From Desulfatiglandales bacterium (GTDB taxonomy: Bacteria > Desulfobacterota > DSM-4660 > Desulfatiglandales > Desulfatiglandaceae): DNA of 64,000 nt. Shown piece by piece: positions 20,955 through 29,945 of the stretch. Both the position numbers and the translations under genes were made by a program. The stretch's first letter is position 1. The number at the start of each line of letters is the position of its first letter. Under the pieces are notes generated by a model. That model was not told the DNA's origin. It ran no database searches and worked only from the letters and a program-made list of their open reading frames with translations. The stretch spans positions 3,328,001 through 3,392,000 of the forward strand of contig OY759599.1 of NCBI GenBank assembly GCA_963662465.1, written 5' to 3'.

Positions 20955-21587
20955 GTGCGACGTGATGTCGCGTAAGTAGCTGTTTTATATATTGATATAA
21001 ACCATACAACAAAACCCTGTTTTCTGCAACAGGTATTCTACCGGGACATGCGTCCGGAGTAATCCGGGGGTGTGAAGCTCTCGGGACAATGAAGCCCGCG
21101 GAATTTTCCGGAAGAGGGAACCGTGAGGGGACCTCAACTCTGCAAGCATCATGCGGTGAGGGAGCTAGAATTGAGCAGTACGGTTAACACATGTGAATCG
21201 CTGCAGCGTCGTCACGAGAACAAGCCTAAGATGCTGAAAGGCTTGGACCAAAAGGTACGTGGCCAGGAACGGAGGCTGCGAACTCCTCCGTCGCAGATGT
21301 CGTGCCACCGGCGTAGGGGCGGAACCTAACCTGCTCGGGTACTTACGCGGAACATGGTAAGCCCGTAATCCTCCCCACGGGGAAAGCGAACCGCAAGGTG
21401 AGCCCATGGGGTTGCGGGTAGAGGATGTCAGAAAAAGCGAATGCTCCGTTGTAATGATGGGGATACGGATTGATGGTAATCACCGACATGATCCGGCTCG
21501 AAAGAGAGCAGACTTCTGACCGGTGTTCCATTGCGAGATAATCTGTAGAATCTTCAAACAGGGGAAAGCAGCCAGTGAAACGGGCGA

Positions 21588-23445
21588 ATGACGGTGGCCG
21601 TTCTGGCGACTGGTGCACCTTTGGACGGAACAAACTGGTGGAAATCCATAAACTGGAAAACCGCCGGGGAGCATGTTAGAAGACTGCAGGTGCGTATCGC
21701 AAAGGCTGTGAAGGAAAAGCGATGGGGAAAAGTCAAGGTGATACAGTGGCTTTTGACTCATTCGTTTTATGCCAAGTTGTTGGCTATCAAGCGCGTTACT
21801 TCCAACCGGGGTAAACGCACACCGGGAGTGGATAAAGTCATATGGTCCACCCACATTGACAAAATGCAAACGGTAAACGACCTGCGCCGAAGAGCCTACC
21901 GACCCAAACCGCTGCGCCGAATTTACATACCCAAGAAAAACGGCAAGAAACGCCCATTGGGCATTCCCACAATGAAGGACAGAGCCATGCAGGCATTGTA
22001 CAAATTGGCGCTTGATCCGGTAGCGGAAACCACCGCCGATCCGAACTCTTACGGGTTCAGACCCTATCGGGGATGTGCGGATGCCATCGGTCAGTGTTTT
22101 ATTTCTCTGGCCAAGCGCTACTCACCCGTATGGATTCTGGAGGGAGATATAAAGGCCTGTTTTGATGAAATCAGCCATCAATGGATGCTCGAAAATATCC
22201 CGATGGATAAACGGACGCTTCAGAAATGGCTGAAAGCCGGGTATGTAGAAGGAGGCAAGCTCTATCCGACATACAGAGGAACCCCGCAAGGCGGGTTATG
22301 CAAAGCTTTGCATAACCCGCCTTATGCAAAGAAAGTAATTATGCAAAGTAAACCGTAAAAGCCATAATAATTCAAGAGATTCTTGTTGATTTGCTTAGCA
22401 TAATCTCCACTTATGGTGAATGAGAAAAAGTTCAAAAAATCATTAGACAAAACAAAGGAGCTATTTTTATCCAAAACAAACGAAGAATGCTGCATCATTT
22501 ACTTGGCTTTCAAGTCTGAAGTAGTCGTGATATTATGCAAAGTAAATTCAGTGCATATGCTTGAAATATTGCACCTTAACTGATTTACTTTGCATAATCG
22601 TTAACTTTGCATAAGGCGGGATTATCTCTCCAACATTGGCTAATATGGTCCTGGATGGTCTGGAAGCGGCAGCCAAAAGCACCGCCCCGATAAGAATTCA
22701 GGGAAATATACGGTCCAAGATAAACGTAATCCGCTACGCTGATGATTTTATCATCACCGGGAATTCCAGAGAGATGCTAAATGAGATCAAGCTGGAAATT
22801 GAAGCATTTATGGAGCGAAGAGGTCTTTCGCTTTCAGCGGAAAAGACGTTGATCACAAGGATAGAAGAAGGATTTGATTTTCTCGGACAAAGTTCACGCA
22901 AATACGGAGGAAAACTTTTGATAAAGCCCTCTCGCAAAAACGTGAAAGCCTTTTTAGGCAATATCCGGAAAACAATCCGAAAGCATGCGGCATCAAGAGC
23001 CGACATTCTGATTAAAGTACTCAATCCCAAAATCAGGGGGTGGGCCAATTACCACAGGCATGTGGTTTCCGGTAGAACTTTCGGGCTTGTAGATCACCGT
23101 ATCTACAGCTATATTTGGCAATGGATGAGGAGGAAACATTCGGGCAAGAGTAAGAGTTGGCTGGTGGATAAATACTGGTCAAAAGGATCTCGCCCGTGGT
23201 CCTTTTCAGCGGTGATCAAGGACGGCTATGCGAAATCCGCCAGAATTGAACTTGAGAAGGCTTACGACGTCAAGATAAAACGCCATGTCAAAATTCGAGG
23301 GGATGCGAACCCCTTCGATCCGAAATATGAACAATATTTCAGGAAACGATATGCCCAACGCAGTCAGCAGAAGGCAGACAGGCGTAAAGAGCATAAAACG
23401 TCACAACCGGGTAGCCCCGAAAGGGCTTGCCTTTGGAATGCTTGA
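21588..23445 (+). pseudogene. ltrA: Intron RT split by insertion
   Basis: Halves 21588-22358 and 22636-23445. Confidence 0.92.
22296..22614. mobile_element. Miniature non-coding element, variant 2
   Basis: GGCGGG|TTATGCAAAGCTTTGCATAA|CCCGCC|body|GGCGGG. Confidence 0.88.
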
Positions 23446-23607
23446 GCCGTGTGCGTTTAACGGCGCACGCACGGTTCTTAGAGGGCTGGGGGATGGTGAC
23501 ATCCCCGGCTACTCGACCCAGAATATTGGCTACAACTGGATCGCAGTGGCGACCAAATAAGTACACAGTGAAGTGTATAAAGATCCATATCCGAGGGCCG
23601 AAAATAG

Positions 23608-23988
23608 ATGGTAAATATTGACAAACATATTTTGTATTGGAAAAGCGGCGCAGAAGAAGATTTTCAAGTGGCAGATCAGCTTATCAGGTCCGGCAAAACC
23701 CGTCACGGACTTTTCTTTCTTCATCTAACACTTGAGAAAATTCTCAAAGCCCATGTTTGCCGCAACAGTAGGGATATCGCTCCAAGACTACACAATCTTG
23801 CAAGACTTTCAGAATTGACTGGAATTGTCTTCAAACAGGAAGATTCGGATTTTCTTGCAGAAATGAATCCGTTCAACATTGAGGGACGTTATCCCGAAAT
23901 GTGGGGACCTGTTCCGTCCCGCGAGGAAGCGGACACGCTACTGCTAAAATCAGGAGGGATATTCGAATGGCTCAAGAATCAATTATAA
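23608..23988 (+). CDS. HEPN domain protein
   Basis: FFLHLTLEKILKA, PRLHNL, EGRYP. Confidence 0.88.
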   Translation: MVNIDKHILYWKSGAEEDFQVADQLIRSGKTRHGLFFLHLTLEKILKAHVCRNSRDIAPRLHNLARLSELTGIVFKQEDSDFLAEMNPFNIEGRYPEMWGPVPSREEADTLLLKSGGIFEWLKNQL

Positions 23989-24290
23989 AATCAATCAGGA
24001 AATATCTGAACGAACTTCAACGGCTTGGCGTCCCAATCAAATTCGGCATTTTGTTCGGTTCACACGCTCGCAAAGACACAAACAAATGGAGTGACATAGA
24101 TTTGTTAGTAGTGTCACCTCGATATGATGAATCTTACAACCGAGAAGATATCAATATGCTTTGGCGGACCGCAGCCCGCACAGACAACCGGATAGAACCC
24201 GTCCCCGTAGGTCTTCACCGGTGGGAAACGGACGACGAAAGTACAATCATCGAAGCAGCACGACGCGAGGGAATACTGGTAAACGCATAA
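23967..24290 (+). CDS. Minimal nucleotidyltransferase (MNT) antitoxin
   Basis: LFGSHAR...SDIDLLVVS. Confidence 0.88.
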   Translation: MAQESIIKSIRKYLNELQRLGVPIKFGILFGSHARKDTNKWSDIDLLVVSPRYDESYNREDINMLWRTAARTDNRIEPVPVGLHRWETDDESTIIEAARREGILVNA

Positions 24291-24350
24291 GATATGACAA
24301 AAAACCACATGCTATTGAAAATAAGCATCCAAACTTACCCTATAGCGGTT

Positions 24351-25176
24351 ATAGGGATAGGGAGGAGCCTCACAGCTCCCCCCTCCCACCACCGTACATA
24401 CGGGTCCGTATACGGCGATTCGGCTGGTCAGAGCAGGCAAGGATAAAACAGGTTCCGCCCTACCGGGTTTTCCAGAATGCGACGTTATCGACCTTTCAGC
24501 TACTGCTGCATTAGACCAATAAGTACACGTTCTTTGACAACCACAACCATTTACCCCTGCCATTCGGCAGGTGGCACCGTTCGGGCCTTCACCGGAGTGA
24601 GGCCTCCCTTTATTCAGGGCTCGTTTCTCCGGCTTAATATGCCCTCTGCTGACTCCCGTTACGCGGTGGGCTCCCCTTTCGGTTCGCTCACTCGTAGTTT
24701 CCGCAATCTGTCGAGTCCATTTGTTTGTGTTTCCCGACCAATAGGCCGGGCTCGTCAGGGCTATGACTCGAAATGTTCCTGACGCCAGGGTTTTGTTTTA
24801 CCGGTTTTCCCTTATATTCCGGTAGATTTCAGTTGCAGTTCCCTACGAGACGCAACGGGCCTCCCGGGGTAAACACGTGTCTTTCCGCACACGAGCGCCG
24901 ACAACGTGCCTGGCCTATAGTAGTTAGAGGACTTTGTTCTGTGTTGCGGACTCGTCCCACCAGACCCGCCTCACTCGATTTCTGTTCGTCGCCCCGTGCG
25001 TTCGCGGTACCCTGCCGAAGCAAGGTCACTGCCTTCCCAGGCACCGTTACCGAATACCCGGTTGTGATACCGCTACACCCTTCGCCACTACCTGGCTGGG
25101 TCTGGGACTTGCGTAACATATCGGAAGCATGATATATTACGCGCACCCTTAAGAACACGTGCCGTGCCCGGCACAC
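24351..25176 (-). mobile_element. ORF-less group IIC-attC intron copy 2
   Basis: 826-nt uninterrupted copy; splits R'' GGTT|AAC. Confidence 0.88.
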
Positions 25177-25257
25177 AACCAAACGCTCCACCAGACGCCT
25201 GATAGTCCGGCGGTTCCGGCGAGGGCTGGCAGAGGCGCTGGTGAGCTTACCGTTGGC
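25177..25257 (+). other. attC site flanked by introns at both ends
   Basis: AAC-caaac-GCTCCACCAGACGCC...GGCGCTGGTGAGC-ttacc-GTTGGC. Confidence 0.9.
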
Positions 25258-26082
25258 TTGCGACACGGAGTCGCATAGTTTAAGTGTATTCATGTAGTTA
25301 CATGTATTACCCGGTATGTCCCTACCGGACCCTACGCAGGCATGCTGCCGTTGCGCTGATGACGGGGTGTGAAGCCCTGCGGACAACGTACCGAATTGGG
25401 TTTGAATGGCGACAGGAGAACCCCTCCGGGAATCCTCCCCGGTTAAGGGCCAGGGTCAGATGATATGGTGAAGGTATCTGAATGTCTTTAAGCGTCGATC
25501 ACAAGCGAAGGGCCTACGAGGATTAACAGGTCTTATGCCGCTGCCCAGTGTCAGCGGATGTGGTCAGGTTGCAGGTCTGCTAACTGCCTGCACGGAACTG
25601 TTGTACCACCGGCGTAGAGGGCGCACCTAAGTCATCCATTGGATCAACTATGTGGAACGTGGAAACCCGGTCCCGCCGCCCCTTTTGGGGGCAGGCTAAC
25701 CGTAAGGCATGCTGTTGGCGGGCCGGAGTAGGAGGCTGAAAAAAGCGAATGCCGGGCTGTAATGGTCCGGATACCGGGTGAAACATTCCCGGCTCCGTAA
25801 GGAGGCAAACGTTCAGCGTGGTGCCCGATCACGTGAACACCGGAGGAATCAGATGAAAGCGGGGAAAGCAGCCAGTGAAACGGGCGAATGACGGCCCTTG
25901 AGGCTGGTGCGCCCCGCGCGCCTTTGGCTACTCTGACAGCCGGCTTGTAACGTGAAGTAGATGCAAATCCGCGGGAATCCCAACCAGGGAAACCTTTTCG
26001 GGGGCTTGAGCCACGTGAGGTGAAAGTCTCATGCGTGGTTCTGAGGGGGGAATGGGACTGAGAGGTCCCTGACCTACCCGAT
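25258..26082 (+). mobile_element. ORF-less group II intron family B copy 2
   Basis: 5' TTGCG, domain V as in copy 1, ends CTACCCGAT. Confidence 0.88.
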
Positions 26083-26143
26083 CAGACCCGCTGGACAGCG
26101 GGGGAACTAACGTCGTAACTCCCAGTAAATAAAGGAGGTTTCA

Positions 26144-27319
26144 GTGGAAGCGACGATTCAGAGCATCTTTCTTATAGGCTATGCCCTCTATGATCAGACC
26201 CATCTTCTTCCGGAACATATTCGTGAAGCGGCACACCGTCTGATGAGTTGCCGCACATCTGCTCTGGGGGGTCACGTGCAGGCGTGCCCGGACGGTCACT
26301 TCAAAAGGCACTGGTACAACTCGTGTAAACATCGCATGTGCCCCCTCTGCGCTTTTACCCAGGTGAAACGTTGGCTGGCAAAACAAAAGGCTCGCATCTT
26401 AAACACCGAACATTTCCATGTTATTTTCACCATCTCCGATGAATTGCACGACTTATGGCGGTTGAACCGCAAGCTTATGGGCAATCTGCTGTTCAAAAGC
26501 GCCACTGAAACCCTTTCCGAACTCCTTGGAGATCCGAAGCATTTGGGGGGCAAAGTCGGCATCATCGCCTCACTGCATACCTGGAGCCGAAAACTGGACT
26601 TTCATCCGCATCTGCATTGTCTGGTAACGGCCGGTGGGCTGATCGCCGGCGAGTGGATCGCTTCATCAAAAAAATTCCTTTTGCCCTTTGGCATCGTCCG
26701 GGCGGTATTTCGAGGCAAGTACCTCTACTATTTGAGAAAAGCCCTGGATCGGAACGAACTGGTTCTGCCCGAGGGCATGGGGCCTCAGCAGGCCCGGAAC
26801 CTCTTCAATAAACTGGGCCGCCGCAAAAAATGGAACGTCAAGCTCAAAGAGACCTATTCATACGGTGAAGGCGTGTTGATTTACCTGGCGCGTTACTTGA
26901 GAGGCGGAGCAATTTCAAACAAACGCATCTACAGCATTGAAAACGGGAACGTGACCTTCAATTACGGTCGTGAGAAGGTAAAACTCATCTCCCTGCCGAT
27001 TCAAACCTTTATCAGCCGCTATCTGCAACACGTCCCCCTAGCAAATACCGTGATGGTGCGTTCATACGAACTCTATCATCACAGCTCAAAAGAAGAACTG
27101 GCACTCTGCCGGGAAATACTGGGTCAACCGCCTCTTGAAGATACGGAATTTCTGGATTGGCAGACCTTGTGGCAACAGCGAAGCGATGAGCAACCGGACC
27201 GTTGCCCTGTTTGTGGGAAGTGCCTCATAACTCTGGAAATATTGACGCCGGTCAAAAAGTTAAGAGAGCTTCCGAGGTTCAATAAAGTCCATGACATGAT
27301 ACATGCCCAAGCAGCATAG
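26144..27319 (+). CDS. IS91-family (Y2 HUH) transposase
   Basis: RBS AAGGAGG; same motifs as, and clearly paralogous to, 11762-12937. Confidence 0.9.
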   Translation: MEATIQSIFLIGYALYDQTHLLPEHIREAAHRLMSCRTSALGGHVQACPDGHFKRHWYNSCKHRMCPLCAFTQVKRWLAKQKARILNTEHFHVIFTISDELHDLWRLNRKLMGNLLFKSATETLSELLGDPKHLGGKVGIIASLHTWSRKLDFHPHLHCLVTAGGLIAGEWIASSKKFLLPFGIVRAVFRGKYLYYLRKALDRNELVLPEGMGPQQARNLFNKLGRRKKWNVKLKETYSYGEGVLIYLARYLRGGAISNKRIYSIENGNVTFNYGREKVKLISLPIQTFISRYLQHVPLANTVMVRSYELYHHSSKEELALCREILGQPPLEDTEFLDWQTLWQQRSDEQPDRCPVCGKCLITLEILTPVKKLRELPRFNKVHDMIHAQAA

Positions 27320-27342
27320 ATTAAGCATGCGCAGTCGAAAGG

Positions 27343-27446
27343 CAGGGCAAATTTGTTCTATTTGTAAACCTTTGATATCAAAACCTTATGAAGGACACAT
27401 CAATTCAAACAAATCAATGGATTAGCGTTAGAACAAATTCACCGTG
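27343..27446. mobile_element. 104-bp MITE
   Basis: Imperfect 18-bp TIR CAGGGCAAATTTGTTCTA / TAGAACAAATTCACCGTG; 10-bp TSD AGTCGAAAGG. Confidence 0.8.
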
Positions 27447-27859
27447 AGTCGAAAGGTCTTTAGTCGAGTGAAAGGTTTTTGATGTCGAGGTGTTTGGTAA
27501 ACTGCCTAATAACACGATATTTTGGCATTTTTAGCGGGACCATGCGATCAAAAAAAGAAATTTTATCATTTTTAACTGGCTTAGACCGGAATGATGGGTC
27601 AAAAAGAAGTCATGCGGTAGCTGCAAAGATCGTTTAATCTCCATAGCGGCGATCCTGCTCCCATTAACCTATGTGCGTGTGACTCGCGGGTCTGTCCAAC
27701 CAGCCGTTGAACGAAGCTTCGCAAACGCCAAAGCGGTAAAAAGTTTAGTGCTAACAAACCAGTTAAGTTGTTGCGGTTATTGGCATTATGTTGCTAAATC
27801 CAAAAAAAACAGCGGAAAGCAATCTCTAACAGCAAGTAGTGTGCCAAAACGACAACCAT

Positions 27860-27988
27860 GTTCAACCAATGGTTCAAGTCTGATATTTTTCGTCCCAAAA
27901 ATTGCATTTGAGATTTTGTCGCCGTTTTTTACGTTGGGAGGGCAGCAATTTTTGGGCCGAAAAATTACAGCTTAACTCAATGTTATGC
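27860..27988 (+). other. attC site (last visible)
   Basis: GTTCAAC-caatg-GTTCAAG..CCCAAAAATTGC...GCAATTTTTGGG..CTTAAC-tcaat-GTTATGC. Confidence 0.8.
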
Positions 27989-28105
27989 CTCCCCAAAAAT
28001 CAGTAAGGAGTTGAAACGAAATGCAAAATCGGGGAGCTGAATAGAAAAGCGGTTTGGGGCTATTTCGGCGACAATCTAAACGAATATTTTTGAGGAGAAA
28101 ATAAA

Positions 28106-28561
28106 ATGCAAATAAGAATCAAACTTTTTTGTTTTATGATGGCGATGTTTGCATCTATGAGTTTTATCGTTTTGACGTCAGCATTAGCAGATTCGACTAC
28201 TGTCACAAGCACTGGCATTAAATTTCCCGATGGGACAACACAAACGACCGCAGCCTCTGGAGGAGCTTCATCATTCTGGTCGCAATCAGGCAGCAATATT
28301 TACTATAACAGCGGCAACGTAGGCATCGGCACGACGAGTCCGGAAACAATGATGCATATTAAAGACGAAATAAATAATCCGATTGTTTTTGTTGATGCTC
28401 GGCCGAGTGGGAGCAATGATGCAATGATTACATTTCACACTGGCGGTCGTGCTGTATCTATGGGGCTTGAAGATGGGGGCGAGGGTGAGACCTTATTTCA
28501 TATAACTAATGGCGATAGAAATTTGGATAATGATGTATTCTTGTTAACTATTTGTCAATGA
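28106..28561 (+). CDS. Exported protein with GNVGIGTTSP repeat, probably 3'-truncated
   Basis: RBS GAGGAG, signal peptide, GIKFPDGTTQTTA and YYNSGNVGIGTTSP; runs into the Fic remnant. Confidence 0.65.
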   Translation: MQIRIKLFCFMMAMFASMSFIVLTSALADSTTVTSTGIKFPDGTTQTTAASGGASSFWSQSGSNIYYNSGNVGIGTTSPETMMHIKDEINNPIVFVDARPSGSNDAMITFHTGGRAVSMGLEDGGEGETLFHITNGDRNLDNDVFLLTICQ

Positions 28562-29831
28562 AGTTGAAGAGGACCTCTGCCTGGGCCGTCACATCCATAT
28601 AGCAGTACCAGTAGGCCGTATCGTTATGGACTTTCATACGGCCTTCTTCATCCAGCGAGAATTCAACCATCGGCATGAGTGGCCTTGAAAAGGCCTCCAG
28701 GGAACCATCATAGTCTACAGGGTTTTTCAGCATGGTCGCTGAAATCGGAAACATAATAATGCCTTCAGGTGTAAAGCCTCTTCGTGCAAGAATTTATGGA
28801 CCAGGAATCGGTGGATTCGGCCGTTGCCGTCTTCAAAAGGGTGCAAAAAAAACAAATCCATAGGCGATGGCAGCGGCATGGATAACCGGGGACACATCGC
28901 CTGTATCCATCCGCTGATGGCCGACAATCAGACCGTCCATCAGGTCTGGGAAATCTTCAGGCTTCGGACAAACAAAATGAATTCTTTCGTTTTGCCATGC
29001 AACCGTTTCGCCGACATAGTTCTGTGTTACACGGTAATCGGGATCCTGAAACCGAGGGTCCGCGATCCGGTTTTGAACCTCAATCAGTTTCGGTTTCTCG
29101 CAGAAGTCTTCACGCTCAGCCGATTGAAGCAGTGCCACAAAGCGCTCGGTCCGCTGCGGCGTGGGCTTGGCATGTTCGATTTCAAAAGAGGATTTTGTCT
29201 CCTTTGTGTAGAGATAGCCAAGTGCCCGTCTTAGTAATTGGGGGGAGTATCCCGAGATCACCTGGCTTCATCGGCCGGACAGATCGTTCCTTTCGAACTC
29301 CCACAAAGTATAACTGCGCCTGACCATGGGGCAGAACCGGCGATTGCCCAACAAATTATCGTTTATCCTCTGCCGTCGAACCTGGCGGGCCGGTGCAACC
29401 GTGTAGTATTCATCTGCTTCGAGCAGATTGATGTAGTTGCCGCGCTTCAGGTCGCTCAGTGGCAATTTCTTCCCTGTAAGGAATTCGTACAGATACCAGA
29501 CTCGCCTGGCATACTTTCCGGTCGGCTTGGACCGAACATAATCAAGGATATCCTCTTCCGGAATGTTTTGAAACAAAGTGGCCAGTATCGCGAGGTTTGT
29601 AGCATCGTATTTGAATGCAAATTCAAGATGATGGCCGGTTTTGTCCCCGGGCCAGTATCTGGGCGGGTAAATCTCTATAACGACACCCGCTCTCGATTCG
29701 ACACGGTGAATCCCGCTGGCCGTCACCAGGGATCTGTGCCGGTTCGGGATAACATCCAGGTTGTAATCCTCAATGAGGGCGGCATAGCCCGCAAGTCTGT
29801 AGGTGGTTATATTTCCGGCGGTATCGGACAT
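28548..29831 (-). pseudogene. Fic-family protein, fragmented
   Basis: HPFEDGNGRIHR motif; spread over four ORF pieces. Confidence 0.85.
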
Positions 29832-29945
29832 GGCCCCTTCTGGAAAAACGATGATGGTCCTGGATTTTCTATTATTTTTGAGAGAGCGTCAAGCAAAACA
29901 GTTACACATCTGGCGATTTGCTTACACCGGGAACAGAGTTCCTGA

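Larger units (their letters stand above)
20955..23517 (+). mobile_element. Group II intron family A copy 5 (RT interrupted)
   Basis: 5' GTGCG, ends CTACTCGAC. Confidence 0.92.

Noticed and set aside
22290..22321. 32-bp palindrome as a protelomerase telRL site or terminator
   Set aside because: It is built from the target hexamer plus the element end, there is no protelomerase in the window and there is no U-tract.
1531..23517. Five family A copies as an assembly artefact
   Set aside because: The copies have distinct SNPs, inserts and flanks and sit at a consistent biological target; local mosaicism from consensus errors remains possible.
1699..25832. Recurring short ORFs such as MRGPQLCKHH, MGSPCGSLSP, MFHPVSGPLQ and MFLTPGFCF
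   Set aside because: They are chance frames in intron RNA domains or antisense to the RT, repeated only because the introns are repeated.
1..28000. CRISPR array, retron or DGR explanation for the repeats and RTs
   Set aside because: No regularly spaced short repeats, no cas genes and no TR/VR pair; every RT lies inside a complete group II intron with domains V and VI.
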